Assembly: GCA_965214835.1 (NCBI GenBank)
Contig: CBDCCK010000002.1
Coordinates: forward strand, 1,280,001-1,344,000
Source: Nitrosopumilaceae archaeon
Lineage (GTDB): Archaea; Thermoproteota; Nitrososphaeria; Nitrososphaerales; Nitrosopumilaceae
Direction: 5' to 3'
Length of the DNA: 64,000 nucleotides
A model generated the notes under the pieces. That model saw only the letters and a list, made by a program, of their open reading frames with translations. It was not told where the DNA came from and did not search any database. Positions within the stretch are counted from its first letter, which is position 1. Every line of letters begins with the position of its first letter. The translations under genes were made by a program, and so were the position numbers. Positions 1 through 9,058 of this stretch are shown in pieces.

Positions 1-434
1 ATCAGGACAACAACCCCCAGATAAAGCAGCGGGATCTTTACATCCCCGAACAGGGGAAACGCAAGGTCAGTCTCGTATGTGCCCAGGAGGATTATGGGTA
101 CTGCAGCAGCTGCCAAGGCCAGGGGCTTGAACCACCCACCCATTACCTTTTTGTCATCGATATATCCTACTATGAACGCCAGAAGGCTCGTAAACATTAT
201 GGCCAAGATCGAGACATTTTGAACAAAGCCAAAAAGAATCGCCTCTGAGACTAGGATCCCGGCAATGATGATAATCCCGCCGGGACGGGCCACCTGTGGC
301 CTGTCTCTTTTGTGGACATCGGGAACCGTGGAGTTGTGATTAGTCAGGTACCTGATCAGAGCGGGGGTCAAGCCATATACGACGGCAAATGCGGCAGCAG
401 ATGCGGCAACAGCACCAATGATGTATTCGGCCAA
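1..434 (-). CDS. MraY/AglH-family (glycosyltransferase 4) polyprenol-phosphate GlcNAc-1-P transferase; runs off the window edge
   Basis: Manual translation from TTG at 434: MAEYIIGAVAASAAAFAVVYGLTPALIRYL...DVHKRDRPQVARPGGIIII...GYIDD. Hydrophobic, with the GT4 D-x-H-K / P-G-G and G-x-x-D-D motifs. Abuts the hel308 stop. Confidence 0.8.
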   Translation of the reverse strand, partial: MAEYIIGAVAASAAAFAVVYGLTPALIRYLTNHNSTVPDVHKRDRPQVARPGGIIIIAGILVSEAILFGFVQNVSILAIMFTSLLAFIVGYIDDKKVMGGWFKPLALAAAAVPIILLGTYETDLAFPLFGDVKIPLLYLGVVVL

Positions 435-2564
435 TTATCTTACCCTACGCAGCTGAGACTTTATGTTATTTGCAAGGGTTGAGCCGATTTTATCAATTTC
501 TGCCAATTTTTTCACCGGGGTCTTTCGCAGCCCGGCGATATCTTTGATCCCGTGCCTGAACAATGTCCGTGCCCTGACCCGGCCTACACCCTTGACCCCG
601 ACAAGATCGACGAGATCCGGGCGGATCCCGTATGTCAGGCGCGTGCGCAGCACATCGAGCTCCTCTAGCAGGTCGGCGCGCTCGAACTCCTTGGCAATCT
701 CCCTAAAGCAGTAAAGCAGCCAGTCCCCGGTCTCGACCATCCTGTGCATGTCCCCGGACTCTATGCCCAGGCTGTCAGAGAGGAAGAGCTCGGTAGACTC
801 AGCTATCCACGAGTCAAGGGCCAGAAGGCTGCGGTTGCAATCGTACTCTGAAATCTGCTCCAGCAGCTCAGACGAGCCGTTCTCAATCAGCAGGCTTGCC
901 CTTTCATAGTCCTTGCTTCGCAGGCTGAACTTCGGGAAGAACTCGTTACAGGTGGAGACGAGATGCAGGAATCCAAGGGTGTGTAGCTTGCCCCCCGATG
1001 CACCGTCCAGGGACCTTCTAAAGTAGGTGGCAGTCATCGGATCAATGTAAAGCTTGGAGGTCTTTTTGCCAAAGTCAGTGGCCGCGTACCTGTCGCCCTT
1101 TTTTATGAGCATCTCCTCGGTCACAAGAAAGCGCAGTGCAAGACGGATGGCAAACTTGAGGCCGGACTTGGTGGACTGGTGCCCCCCCAGCGTCTGCAGA
1201 AAAAAGTCCAGGATCTCCCCCTCCTTTAGGCCCGGATTTGTCACTATTACACTCAGCACGTGTGTTCTCAGGGACCTGTCATCGGTTATCTTGGACTCGA
1301 TCGGCTCGGGTTCGCCGTTGACATAGTAGTCAACCAGATCGGATGCGTCAAAGCTTCCGGCGACTATAATCGACTCGCCGTGATCGTCGTACTGTGGGCG
1401 TCCGGCGCGCCCGCACAGCTGCTTGTATTCCAGGACGCTGATCGACTTGTTTGTGCCGGACTTTGCATCATACCTGCTTATACTGGAGATCACAACGCGC
1501 CGTGCGGGCAGGTTTACTCCTGCAGCCAGCGTCGGCGTCGAGGAGATCAGCCTTATGCTACCGCCTCGAAACTCGGACTCTACAATCTCGCGGCAGTTCT
1601 GGTTCAGGCCCGCATGGTGAAAGGCCACCCCGTGCCTTACCAGCTGTGCCAGCCGCTTGACAAGGTCGGTGTGCTCGCTTCTGGCAAGGATTTTTTTTGC
1701 CGTCTTTTCAAGGGCTTTTGCATCCTCCTTTGTCAGAAGCTTTGAGACGGCGTCGCAGGCCTTTGTGGCAAGCGACACAGAACGGGCGCGGGTCTCGGCA
1801 AAGAGCAGCGCCTGCCCGCCGTCCCTGACTGACTGCAGGCCCAGATCGACGGGCAGTCCCCTGATGGAGGTTTTTACCTCAAAGTTTTTGCCACCAGGCA
1901 CGATTACCTCCCCTGCATCACACACCCATTCGGAGAGGGGTACGGGCCTCCAGTCGTTTTCAACCAGGTTGCAGCCCAGCCACTCGGCGATTTCACCAGA
2001 GTTGCTGATCGTTGCGCTAAGGCCCACAACCTGCGGATCGGACTCTAGCCGCCTGAGGCGGCTCAGAACCATCTCTAGGGTCGGCCCCCTGTCGGGATCC
2101 CCGATGAGGTGTATCTCGTCTGCAATGACTAGGCCGACATCGTCAATCCATTCGGCATCGTGCCGGATGACGGAATCCATCTTCTCGTTTGTCAGGACGA
2201 GCACATCTGCAAGCCGGAGGTTTTTTTCCAGGCCGTCAAAGTCGCCCGTCGAGATTGCGACCTTGATCTTTTTCCCCAGCGCGGTCTTTTCCATCTTCTT
2301 GAGCTCGGAGTACTTTTCAAAGGCCAGGGCCCGGAGGGGGCTGAGGTAGACTACCTTGCCGGAGCTCCTTGAGAGATAACTGAGGATTGCAAGCATGGCA
2401 ATGAGGGTCTTTCCACTGGCAGTGGGTGCTGAGACCAGGACGCTTTGCCCGTCAAGCAGCCCGGCCCCGACGCTTTGCTGCTGCGGCGGGTACAGATCCC
2501 TGAACCCCTGCGAATCCAGGTATTTGAGCGCTCTTTTGGGAAGATCAAGCTTTGAGACTTTCAT
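435..2564 (-). CDS. hel308: Ski2-like SF2 helicase Hel308/Hjm
   Basis: APTASGKT, DEIH, LSAT, FHHAGL, TPTLAAGVNLP and QLCGRAGRP motifs; C-terminal HhH (GVGRVRAR). Confidence 0.95.
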   Translation of the reverse strand: MKVSKLDLPKRALKYLDSQGFRDLYPPQQQSVGAGLLDGQSVLVSAPTASGKTLIAMLAILSYLSRSSGKVVYLSPLRALAFEKYSELKKMEKTALGKKIKVAISTGDFDGLEKNLRLADVLVLTNEKMDSVIRHDAEWIDDVGLVIADEIHLIGDPDRGPTLEMVLSRLRRLESDPQVVGLSATISNSGEIAEWLGCNLVENDWRPVPLSEWVCDAGEVIVPGGKNFEVKTSIRGLPVDLGLQSVRDGGQALLFAETRARSVSLATKACDAVSKLLTKEDAKALEKTAKKILARSEHTDLVKRLAQLVRHGVAFHHAGLNQNCREIVESEFRGGSIRLISSTPTLAAGVNLPARRVVISSISRYDAKSGTNKSISVLEYKQLCGRAGRPQYDDHGESIIVAGSFDASDLVDYYVNGEPEPIESKITDDRSLRTHVLSVIVTNPGLKEGEILDFFLQTLGGHQSTKSGLKFAIRLALRFLVTEEMLIKKGDRYAATDFGKKTSKLYIDPMTATYFRRSLDGASGGKLHTLGFLHLVSTCNEFFPKFSLRSKDYERASLLIENGSSELLEQISEYDCNRSLLALDSWIAESTELFLSDSLGIESGDMHRMVETGDWLLYCFREIAKEFERADLLEELDVLRTRLTYGIRPDLVDLVGVKGVGRVRARTLFRHGIKDIAGLRKTPVKKLAEIDKIGSTLANNIKSQLRRVR

Positions 2565-4657
2565 ACTCGGTTATAATGACCGGGTTTTGATTCATAAATA
2601 GATGCTTCGCGGAGCATCCTTCTGAGGAATTTACGTGCATCCTCCTCGGTAAACTTGCCGGTCTTTTCCAGCTCCTTGACGAATATCTTTTCCTCTACTG
2701 CGGTCTTGTTCTCTCCCTCCAGTGACTTGAGGACATCCATGAACAGCTGCATCTTGGATACCTCGCTTCTGGGCTTTCCCTGCAGGACGCCTAGATCGAC
2801 CTTGCCGGTGTTCACGTCAACGCCTGCATCCTGCAGCATGCTCTCAATCAGGAAGATGGCGCGCTCTGCATCCTCCTCCTCAACCTGGTCCTTCATAAGG
2901 AGCCTTGCGCGGGCAGTTGACAGGCGTATGATGCCTTCTAGCTGCCTGGGAGTCACGGTAATCATCTCCTCGGCCTCGACATTCCTCATCTTCAGATAGT
3001 ACTCCAGAATCTTGCTTTCTGCCTCCTTTGTCAGGTCAGGAGTGGAGCGCTTTGCATATGCAAGGTATTTCGTAAGGATGTCGATGTCAATCAGGGACCG
3101 GCTGCCTGCCCCCTGTGGGGTGTGAAGCTCGATGATGTGCCTCGCTATTTTCTCATCGCGCTCCCTTGTCGGGATGTCCCTTACCACAAAGATCAGGTCA
3201 AACCTTGTCAGTAGCGGAGTGGGCAGGTTTACATTCTCGGTTATGTTCTTAAACGGGTCATACTTGCCGTACATCGGGTTTGCAGCTGCCAGAATCGACG
3301 TTCTGGCGTTGAGCGTGGCCACGATGCCACCCTTTGCAATGCTGGCAGACTGCTGCTCCATTACCTCGTGCAGTGCGCTCCTGTCCTCGGGCTTCATCTT
3401 GTCAAACTCGTCGATGCACACTAGGCCCTGATCCCCCAGGACGACGGCGCCTGCCTCTAGCATCATTATCCCGGTCTTGTCCCTGACGACTGCAGCCGTG
3501 AGGCCGGCAGCAGTCGAGCCCCTGCCGGAGGTGTAAAGGCCCCTGGGTGCAATGCGTGCACAAAACTTTAGCATCTCGCTTTTTGCAGTACCGGGATCGC
3601 CGACTAGAAAGATGTTGATGTCCCCGCGGATCTTGCTTCCGTCAGCCAGTGCGCGCTGGGTAGAGCCTACTATCAGTAACAAGATGGCCTCCTTGATTAT
3701 TGTCTGTCCTTGTATGTGGGGCGCAAACGAGTCTATCAGTCGCTGGTAGACGTCGGAGCTTTTTGCCAGTGCCCTGATGATTTTTTCCTCCTCAGATGAG
3801 ATCTCTTCCCTCTCGGTCTTTCTCTGGCTTTTGGCGCCCCGCCCTCCAAGGAACTCTATGTTGTTTCCGTCAATGCGCAGCCGGTATACGGCACTGCTTG
3901 TCTTGCTGATGCCGGAGATCGGCTCCTGTTCAATCCTTACTACCCCTGTGAGTATGATCCTGTCGCCGGGACGTGCGTTATCCACGAGATCCTGCTTTAT
4001 TGTGACGTCGACATAGTGCGGAAGCTGTCCGGGGGGCAGGTCCTCTGGCAGTTCCTGCAGCCTGAGTATCTGAAAGTCTATGAACCGGCTGGAATCAGGC
4101 TTGAGTTCAAGCTCCCTGTGGGTACACTTTGGATCAGAGCACTTGGCGGGGGTGTTGACGCTCATGCCCTTTTGCAGGTAAATCTGGGTGACGTGACCGT
4201 CCGGGCACGTGTAGATTATCTCCCGGGCAAGTGGCTTGACCTCTGATGCGCGAACCACCATGCCGGAGACGCTGGTCACTTTGCTGATGACCTCGGCGTT
4301 GATCTGCCGCAGGCTTCGCTGCACCGGATAGTTTACAATCCTGACCCTGGTCTCATCCTTGATTTTTTCGGCATACTTTGGGAACCTTTCCTGAAGGATT
4401 TCATTGATTGCGCGCGAGAATGCATCAAGTATCTCGTCTGGTTGCTCGTTGAAGATGGATTCGATTTGGGGTTCTGTCACCAGGTCATTATAGTCAACGA
4501 CGATGAACTTTGCGCGCTTTGGCATCATCTGATCTATCTCCTCCACATAGGAATAGAAGCCACCCTTGCTCCTGAACTGGGTAAGGAACTCCTTTACCTT
4601 GTCAGACAGTCCAGACTGTGAGAATGTCGTAGTCTCGGTGCTACTCGTTTTTATCAC
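2561..4657 (-). CDS. mcm: Replicative helicase MCM (start uncertain: GTG 4657 or ACG 4648)
   Basis: GDPGTAKS Walker A, IDEFDKM, AAANP, TRFD arginine finger, Zn-finger region. Confidence 0.96.
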   Translation of the reverse strand: MIKTSSTETTTFSQSGLSDKVKEFLTQFRSKGGFYSYVEEIDQMMPKRAKFIVVDYNDLVTEPQIESIFNEQPDEILDAFSRAINEILQERFPKYAEKIKDETRVRIVNYPVQRSLRQINAEVISKVTSVSGMVVRASEVKPLAREIIYTCPDGHVTQIYLQKGMSVNTPAKCSDPKCTHRELELKPDSSRFIDFQILRLQELPEDLPPGQLPHYVDVTIKQDLVDNARPGDRIILTGVVRIEQEPISGISKTSSAVYRLRIDGNNIEFLGGRGAKSQRKTEREEISSEEEKIIRALAKSSDVYQRLIDSFAPHIQGQTIIKEAILLLIVGSTQRALADGSKIRGDINIFLVGDPGTAKSEMLKFCARIAPRGLYTSGRGSTAAGLTAAVVRDKTGIMMLEAGAVVLGDQGLVCIDEFDKMKPEDRSALHEVMEQQSASIAKGGIVATLNARTSILAAANPMYGKYDPFKNITENVNLPTPLLTRFDLIFVVRDIPTRERDEKIARHIIELHTPQGAGSRSLIDIDILTKYLAYAKRSTPDLTKEAESKILEYYLKMRNVEAEEMITVTPRQLEGIIRLSTARARLLMKDQVEEEDAERAIFLIESMLQDAGVDVNTGKVDLGVLQGKPRSEVSKMQLFMDVLKSLEGENKTAVEEKIFVKELEKTGKFTEEDARKFLRRMLREASIYESKPGHYNRV

Positions 4658-5162
4658 CCAGTATTTTCTCCTTGAAACTCTTGCTGTTTTCATAGATTGT
4701 GTTGTAGAATGCATGCTCCTCAACGGTCAGTTTTTGTGCAATTTCTGCGGTAAGCTTTGAGGAATCGGCCAGCCGGATAATCTTTCCCTGCCTCTTTCGG
4801 ACCAAGGAGTTTAGCATGCTTCCGACCTTGTCGTTGTCTGACTCGGATAACCGCCTCATGTGTGCCCTGAGTCGGATGTAAAAATGGGAGTCTAGCGTTG
4901 CCAGCTCAAACTCCCCCTGGACGTTTTCCTTGACAATTGCCTGCTTTAGCTCCACGACCATGTCCTTGTCCTGAATCTCTGCATGGTTTTCAGACTCTAG
5001 GACATCGGCCACCCACCTAGGCAGATTGAGTATCTCCCCCTGCTTTCCCTCAACATGCACGTCTGAGACATCAAGCTTGACGTCATGGTTAAAGGAGACC
5101 TTGACGTCCTCGAGGTTAAATCCCACGGTGCTTGCTCTTACTATGTTGTCTATATCGGACAT
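4641..5162 (-). CDS. GINS complex subunit
   Basis: Directly upstream of and overlapping mcm; N-terminal beta domain with LPRWVA followed by a helical domain, typical of archaeal GINS. Confidence 0.8.
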   Translation of the reverse strand: MSDIDNIVRASTVGFNLEDVKVSFNHDVKLDVSDVHVEGKQGEILNLPRWVADVLESENHAEIQDKDMVVELKQAIVKENVQGEFELATLDSHFYIRLRAHMRRLSESDNDKVGSMLNSLVRKRQGKIIRLADSSKLTAEIAQKLTVEEHAFYNTIYENSKSFKEKILGDKNE

Positions 5163-5441
5163 TGTAGGGATCATTACCCTCCTGAAATCAGTTGATGTAT
5201 TGGATCGATCAATTCTGTTAACACTTTGGTGAGATCAATTGATCCTACTGCCTCCTCACGCATGAACAATAAATGGGAATCCCTTGCTTTTTTGATGCTG
5301 GTCATTAGGCGATTACCCAGAGTATATAGCCTAGGCTGACAGGACGGCCCCCGACATGTGACGGGCAGTATCATGGACGCACCGGCAGGAAGCATCTGCC
5401 GGAGAGGCGATTCACAACAAGTTTTGATCATGGGTATACGG

Positions 5442-5552
5442 GTAACAGCTCGGGCTCTGGAAGTGATTTATGATTTTAGGCACAAATTACATCTGCGAAG
5501 ATCCCTTTGGCGATAAAATTCATGCCTGAACTTCCAGAGCCCGAGCTGTTAC
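5442..5552. mobile_element. MITE family A (111 bp), IS66-like ends
   Basis: Perfect 23-bp TIR GTAACAGCTCGGGCTCTGGAAGT; 8-bp TSD GTATACGG at 5434-5441 and 5553-5560. Confidence 0.9.
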
Positions 5553-5741
5553 GTATACGGATATGCGCCAAACGGATCAAAATGATCGCAAAAATCACAT
5601 CACTTGCCAGATTGCTTAACAAATTTGATAGAAAAACCCGGGATGTGCACACGGTTGTTAATTATGAATCACTTTCCGGGCCATTCGGCTACCCCGAGTT
5701 TGTGATGCCATTTATTAGTGGAGTTTTGGCAATACTTCACC

Positions 5742-6692
5742 ATGGCATCAGACTTTATGTGGGTTGAAAAGTACAGGCCGCAAAGGCTACCTGAAATCGT
5801 AAACCAGAAGGATGTCGTGGGCAGCATTGAGGCCCTGATAAAAAACGCATCAGAGATGCCACACATGCTGTTTTCAGGATCTGCAGGTGTCGGAAAGACT
5901 ACGGCTGCACTGTGCATTGCAAGGGAGGTGCTGGGAGATGTTTGGAGGGAATACACGCTGGAGCTGAATGCGTCTGACGAGAGGGGAATAAACATGGTAC
6001 GCGAAAAAATCAAAAAGTTCTCCAGGTTTGCAGGTATTGATCAGATTCCGTTCAAGTTCATCATACTGGATGAGGCAGACGAGATGACGTCAGATGCCCA
6101 GACGGCGTTGAGGAGAATAATCGAGGATACTGCGAAATTTTGCAGGTTCATCATCATAGCAAACAACATCTCAAAGATTATTGATCCAATCCAAAGCAGA
6201 TGCGCGATTTTCAAGTTTACAGCAATCCCGGAGGAGGAAGTAATTGACCACCTGGCCGCGGTTGCAAAAAAAGAAAAAGTAAAATCAGACAAGAAGGGGC
6301 TAAAGGCAATCTATGACTATACCGAGGGAGACCTTCGCCATGCGATCAACCTGCTCCAAGCAGCAGCAAGTCTAGGTGCGGTCTCGGAGGACGTGGTAAG
6401 GTCATCTGCAGGACTGACCAAGGCAAGCGATGTGGACGGCATCCTGAGGCTGGCCACGGATGGAAAGCTGTCACAGGCCAGAGACAAGATGATTGAGCTG
6501 ATCAAGGTATACGGAATGTCAGAGTCTGACTTTTTAAAGTACCTCAATTCCGCAGTGTTCAAGTCCAAAGCTGGCAATCCAAGTCGGGCCCTGGAGATAA
6601 TTGCAAAGTACGACTATAGGGTTCTAGTCGGGGCAAATCCCGAGATCCAGCTATCGGCCATGCTTGCCGAGCTTGGAGGTCTGAATGACTAG
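5742..6692 (+). CDS. rfcS: Replication factor C small subunit
   Basis: WVEKYRP, GSAGVGKTT, ELNASDERG, DEAD and SRC motifs. Confidence 0.96.
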   Translation: MASDFMWVEKYRPQRLPEIVNQKDVVGSIEALIKNASEMPHMLFSGSAGVGKTTAALCIAREVLGDVWREYTLELNASDERGINMVREKIKKFSRFAGIDQIPFKFIILDEADEMTSDAQTALRRIIEDTAKFCRFIIIANNISKIIDPIQSRCAIFKFTAIPEEEVIDHLAAVAKKEKVKSDKKGLKAIYDYTEGDLRHAINLLQAAASLGAVSEDVVRSSAGLTKASDVDGILRLATDGKLSQARDKMIELIKVYGMSESDFLKYLNSAVFKSKAGNPSRALEIIAKYDYRVLVGANPEIQLSAMLAELGGLND

Positions 6693-6743
6693 TACAAGGA
6701 GGGGCTAGAAAGTTTTTGGCAACGCAGAGGCCGTGTGAGATCC

Positions 6744-6810
6744 GGGCTGTCGCCCAATTCATCAGAATTCCTGAAAACCACGAGATGTTATGGAGACTGG
6801 ACGCGCAAGA
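6744..6810. mobile_element. Partial MITE family B copy
   Basis: GGGCTGTCGCCCAATTCATCAGAATTCCTGAAAACC matches the left ends at 19076 and 59271. Confidence 0.65.
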
Positions 6811-6832
6811 GTGTTGCCAAGAATCATAAAAG

Positions 6833-6916
6833 CGCAGAGAGGGGGATTCGAACCCCCGTGCGATTGCTCGCACAGGCTCTCAAGGCCCGCGCCCTACCAG
6901 GCTAGGCGACCTCTGC
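6833..6916 (-). tRNA. tRNA-Ser(TGA)
   Basis: Cloverleaf GCAGAGG...CTCTGCG with anticodon loop CT-TGA-GA, long variable arm and GGTTCGAATCC. Confidence 0.95.
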
Positions 6917-6997
6917 AAGCTTCAAAACGCAGCAGTGGTTAAAATTTGTTAAGGGATCGTGGGATTTTGAAAAAATAAGAAAAAAGAAGGTGTTTCT

Positions 6998-7534
6998 CTA
7001 GTCGTGCGCGTGTGGGTTCACAGAACCGCCCTGCATCTGTACATACGTACCTGCGGCCTTTTCATGATGCTCTTGGTATGACGGCTCAATGAGGATCGCC
7101 TTTTCAGGACATGCCTCTTGACAGGCCATGCACTGGGTGCAGTCATGCTCCCTGATCGGTTGTGATTTGTCAGTATAATCTAGACGTTCATCCTGCTCGG
7201 TCAGGCCGGTTCCCTCAAAGGTCTCGCCCATGCACTGTGCTGCCGGTATGTCTTTTTCGGTTCTGTACCATTGGAAGGTTTGGACGGGACACACACTCAT
7301 GCATGAGCCTTGAGCAGTACACTCGTCCCAGTCGACTGCGACCGTAGTTCCGTGGATGCCGAGCGGAACCTGTTCCTCGCCGCGTGCCTCATATGCTGCC
7401 TTGACCTCATCGTTTGAAAATGCATTACCGTCGGTTCTGCCTTTTCCCCAGATGAAGTGTTTATTCTCACCGTCAGAATGGTTTGTCTGGCCAACAACTT
7501 CTAGATTGTCAACAAATTTCTCATCTATTGGCAT
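6998..7534 (-). CDS. Dicluster ferredoxin with N-terminal extension (Zn-ferredoxin-like)
   Basis: GIHGTTVAVDWDECTAQGSCMSVCP and CTQCMACQEACP motifs. Confidence 0.9.
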   Translation of the reverse strand: MPIDEKFVDNLEVVGQTNHSDGENKHFIWGKGRTDGNAFSNDEVKAAYEARGEEQVPLGIHGTTVAVDWDECTAQGSCMSVCPVQTFQWYRTEKDIPAAQCMGETFEGTGLTEQDERLDYTDKSQPIREHDCTQCMACQEACPEKAILIEPSYQEHHEKAAGTYVQMQGGSVNPHAHD

Positions 7535-7644
7535 GAACTAATTACTTTGAGGATATTATTTAAAGCTAGACAAAATTAGTCGAGACTAAAGCCGCATCGA
7601 TCAGGGGTGAAAAAAGGTTACAAAATGAAAAATGTGGGAGGTGT

Positions 7645-8175
7645 CTAGTCGTGCGCGTGCGGGTTCTCTCCGCCCTTGAGCTCGGTATAGGTTCCAGCCG
7701 CCTTTTCATGTGCCTCCAGGTTCGATTGATCAACCTTGATGGCCTGCGGGGGGCATACGGACACGCATGCCATGCACCAAATGCAGTCATGCTCCCTGAT
7801 TGGATCCGCCTTGTCGGTATAGTCCTTTCTCTCCTCCTTTTCGGAGCTGCCGGTACCCTCAAAGGTTTGTCCCACGACATCCTTTGCGGGGATGTCCTTT
7901 TCGGTTCGGTACCACTGGAAGACCTGTACGGGGCACGCCTCAATGCAGGCGCCATCGGCAACGCAAGAGTCCCAGTCAACTGCGACCATGGTTCCGCTGA
8001 CACCCAGTGGTTCGTAGGTCTCGCCACGCGCCTTGTATGCTGCCTGAACCTCATCGTTGGTGGAGGTCTCGGCATCCGCTCTTCCGGGGCCCCACATAAA
8101 GTGGAATTGTCCGTCGGAGGTCTGGATCCTTCCTTTTGGTTCATATCCCTCCGGAAAGTTTTCTGGTATTGGCAT
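7645..8175 (-). CDS. Dicluster ferredoxin, tandem paralog
   Basis: [12 protein letters not shown] and [12 protein letters not shown] motifs; shares the C-terminal NPHAHD with its neighbour. Confidence 0.92.
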   Translation of the reverse strand: MPIPENFPEGYEPKGRIQTSDGQFHFMWGPGRADAETSTNDEVQAAYKARGETYEPLGVSGTMVAVDWDSCVADGACIEACPVQVFQWYRTEKDIPAKDVVGQTFEGTGSSEKEERKDYTDKADPIREHDCIWCMACVSVCPPQAIKVDQSNLEAHEKAAGTYTELKGGENPHAHD

Positions 8176-8223
8176 GAATCAAATCTTGGCAGATATTATT
8201 TAAACCTAGGCAGGCCAATTGCG

Positions 8224-8312
8224 GTAAGAGTTTACCCCCTAGGCGACACTGCGGGCAGGGCCTTGATCATCATACCTACCATGCAGCATCTTCTGGAGGG
8301 GCAAACTCTTGC
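8224..8312. mobile_element. MITE family C copy (89 bp)
   Basis: TIR GTAAGAGTTTACCCC / GGGGCAAACTCTTGC; degenerate 9-bp flanks CCAATTGCG / CCGATTGCC; homologous to 11398-11486. Confidence 0.75.
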
Positions 8313-8392
8313 CCGATTGCCGCAAACTAGGTAAGATCCGCAGCACGGATCTATTCCTTACGTTCATATCGTTTGACGTCATGACGTATCGG

Positions 8393-9058
8393 GTGGACAT
8401 AGTCAAGTATGACGTTTACAGGGGTCCGAATATCGGAGTTTACACCAGTGCGAACGATGATTTTGTTTTCATGCCAAACGGGTTTACCAGGACCAAGGCA
8501 GAGGCGCTTGCAAAACATCTAGATGTAGAGTACAAAAACATCTCAGTCGGAAATACAAGGGTTATTGGGGCACTCATGATAGTAAACAACCACGGCCTGC
8601 TTTTGCCACGAACCGCATACCCGGACGAGATTGAGTTTTTGGAAAAGACTGCAGGATTGAACGTGGAGGTCTTGGAGACAAAGCACAACGCGCTTGGAAA
8701 CATGATGGCAGTAAACGACAGGGGGGCGATCGTATCGCCGCTGATTGAAAGGGAGAGCATCAGGAAAATCGAGCAGGCGCTAGACGTGGAGGTCATCCAG
8801 AGAAGGGTCGCCGGGTACAACCAGGTGGGAGCGGTGGTTCGTGCAAATTCGGAGGGGGGGATCATACACCCGGAGACCGATGAGGAGGATGTCAAGACGT
8901 TCTCGAACGTTTTAGGCGTGAATTTGGAGCCTGCGACCATCAACGGGGGGGTGCCATTTGTCGCATCGGGAACCTTGGCCAACAACAAGACGGTCATCGT
9001 GGGCTCCTTTACAACAGGACCCGAAATCATGATGCTAACGCGCGCCTTTGTCAGCTGA
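8393..9058 (+). CDS. eif6: Translation initiation factor aIF6
   Basis: NIGVY...NDD, NNHGLLLP and GGIIHP motifs; C-terminal GSFTTGPE. Confidence 0.93.
   Translation: MDIVKYDVYRGPNIGVYTSANDDFVFMPNGFTRTKAEALAKHLDVEYKNISVGNTRVIGALMIVNNHGLLLPRTAYPDEIEFLEKTAGLNVEVLETKHNALGNMMAVNDRGAIVSPLIERESIRKIEQALDVEVIQRRVAGYNQVGAVVRANSEGGIIHPETDEEDVKTFSNVLGVNLEPATINGGVPFVASGTLANNKTVIVGSFTTGPEIMMLTRAFVS

Noticed and set aside
1657-2349. Long antisense ORFs (e.g. 1657-2349, 7651-8334, 8440-9030, 52509-53150)
   Set aside because: Shadows of well-supported genes on the opposite strand, with no motifs.
6998-8175. Tandem ferredoxin paralogs as a novelty
   Set aside because: Well diverged and, to my knowledge, a normal feature of Nitrosopumilaceae genomes.
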